A stretch of 64,000 nucleotides of DNA, taken from assembly GCF_006345805.1 (NCBI RefSeq), contig NC_043008.1:27032001-27096000 (forward strand). Direction: 5' to 3'. Within the stretch, counting starts at the first letter, position 1. Each line of letters starts with the position of its first letter. The notes beneath the pieces are model-generated. The model had not been told where the DNA came from and did no database searches. It was given only the letters and a program-made list of their open reading frames with translations. Both the position numbers and the translations under genes were made by a program. Source of the stretch: Octopus sinensis. Lineage: Eukaryota. Of the stretch, positions 63,851 to 64,000 are shown one piece after another.

Positions 63851-64000
63851 GAGCAAAGAAGAAAAGAGAGAGAAAGTAAAATAATTTTTAAAAAGGCGAT
63901 TGTTACAGCTTGGGGAAACGGAGTGATAATCTTTTGATTGTTTACTTGAGGTGATAGGCCTTTTACCTGAGGTATCATATATATATATATATATATATAT

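Overview
AT-rich, microsatellite-dense animal genomic DNA. The SINE families and repeat spectrum resemble an octopod cephalopod; this is inferred from recalled repeat families, not from a database search. I find no intact host protein-coding gene, true tRNA/rRNA gene or CRISPR array. The window is a mosaic of decayed mobile elements: R4/Dong-like and HERO-like RLE retrotransposons, RTE, CR1-like and Tx1/L1-like LINE fragments, Penelope-like (Naiad-type GIY-YIG and RT) fragments, Tc1/mariner elements with identifiable TIRs, a probable Helitron, and at least three tRNA-derived SINE families. The most interesting signal is a set of small non-coding elements carrying minimal type-I hammerhead ribozyme cores inside inverted repeats (4.2-4.6, 17.1-17.5, 45.6 and 49.9 kb). 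One is fused to a Pol III tRNA-like head, and Penelope-like endonuclease/RT remnants occur in the same window, suggesting a family of PLE-mobilised ribozyme parasites. Other oddities: a triple head-to-tail ~560-bp element embedded in (AAT)n, a perfect three-way-junction structure at 40.5 kb, and a CpG-eroded domain at 56-60 kb revealed by comparing copies of one SINE. All translations and folds were done by eye; coordinates of decayed elements are approximate.
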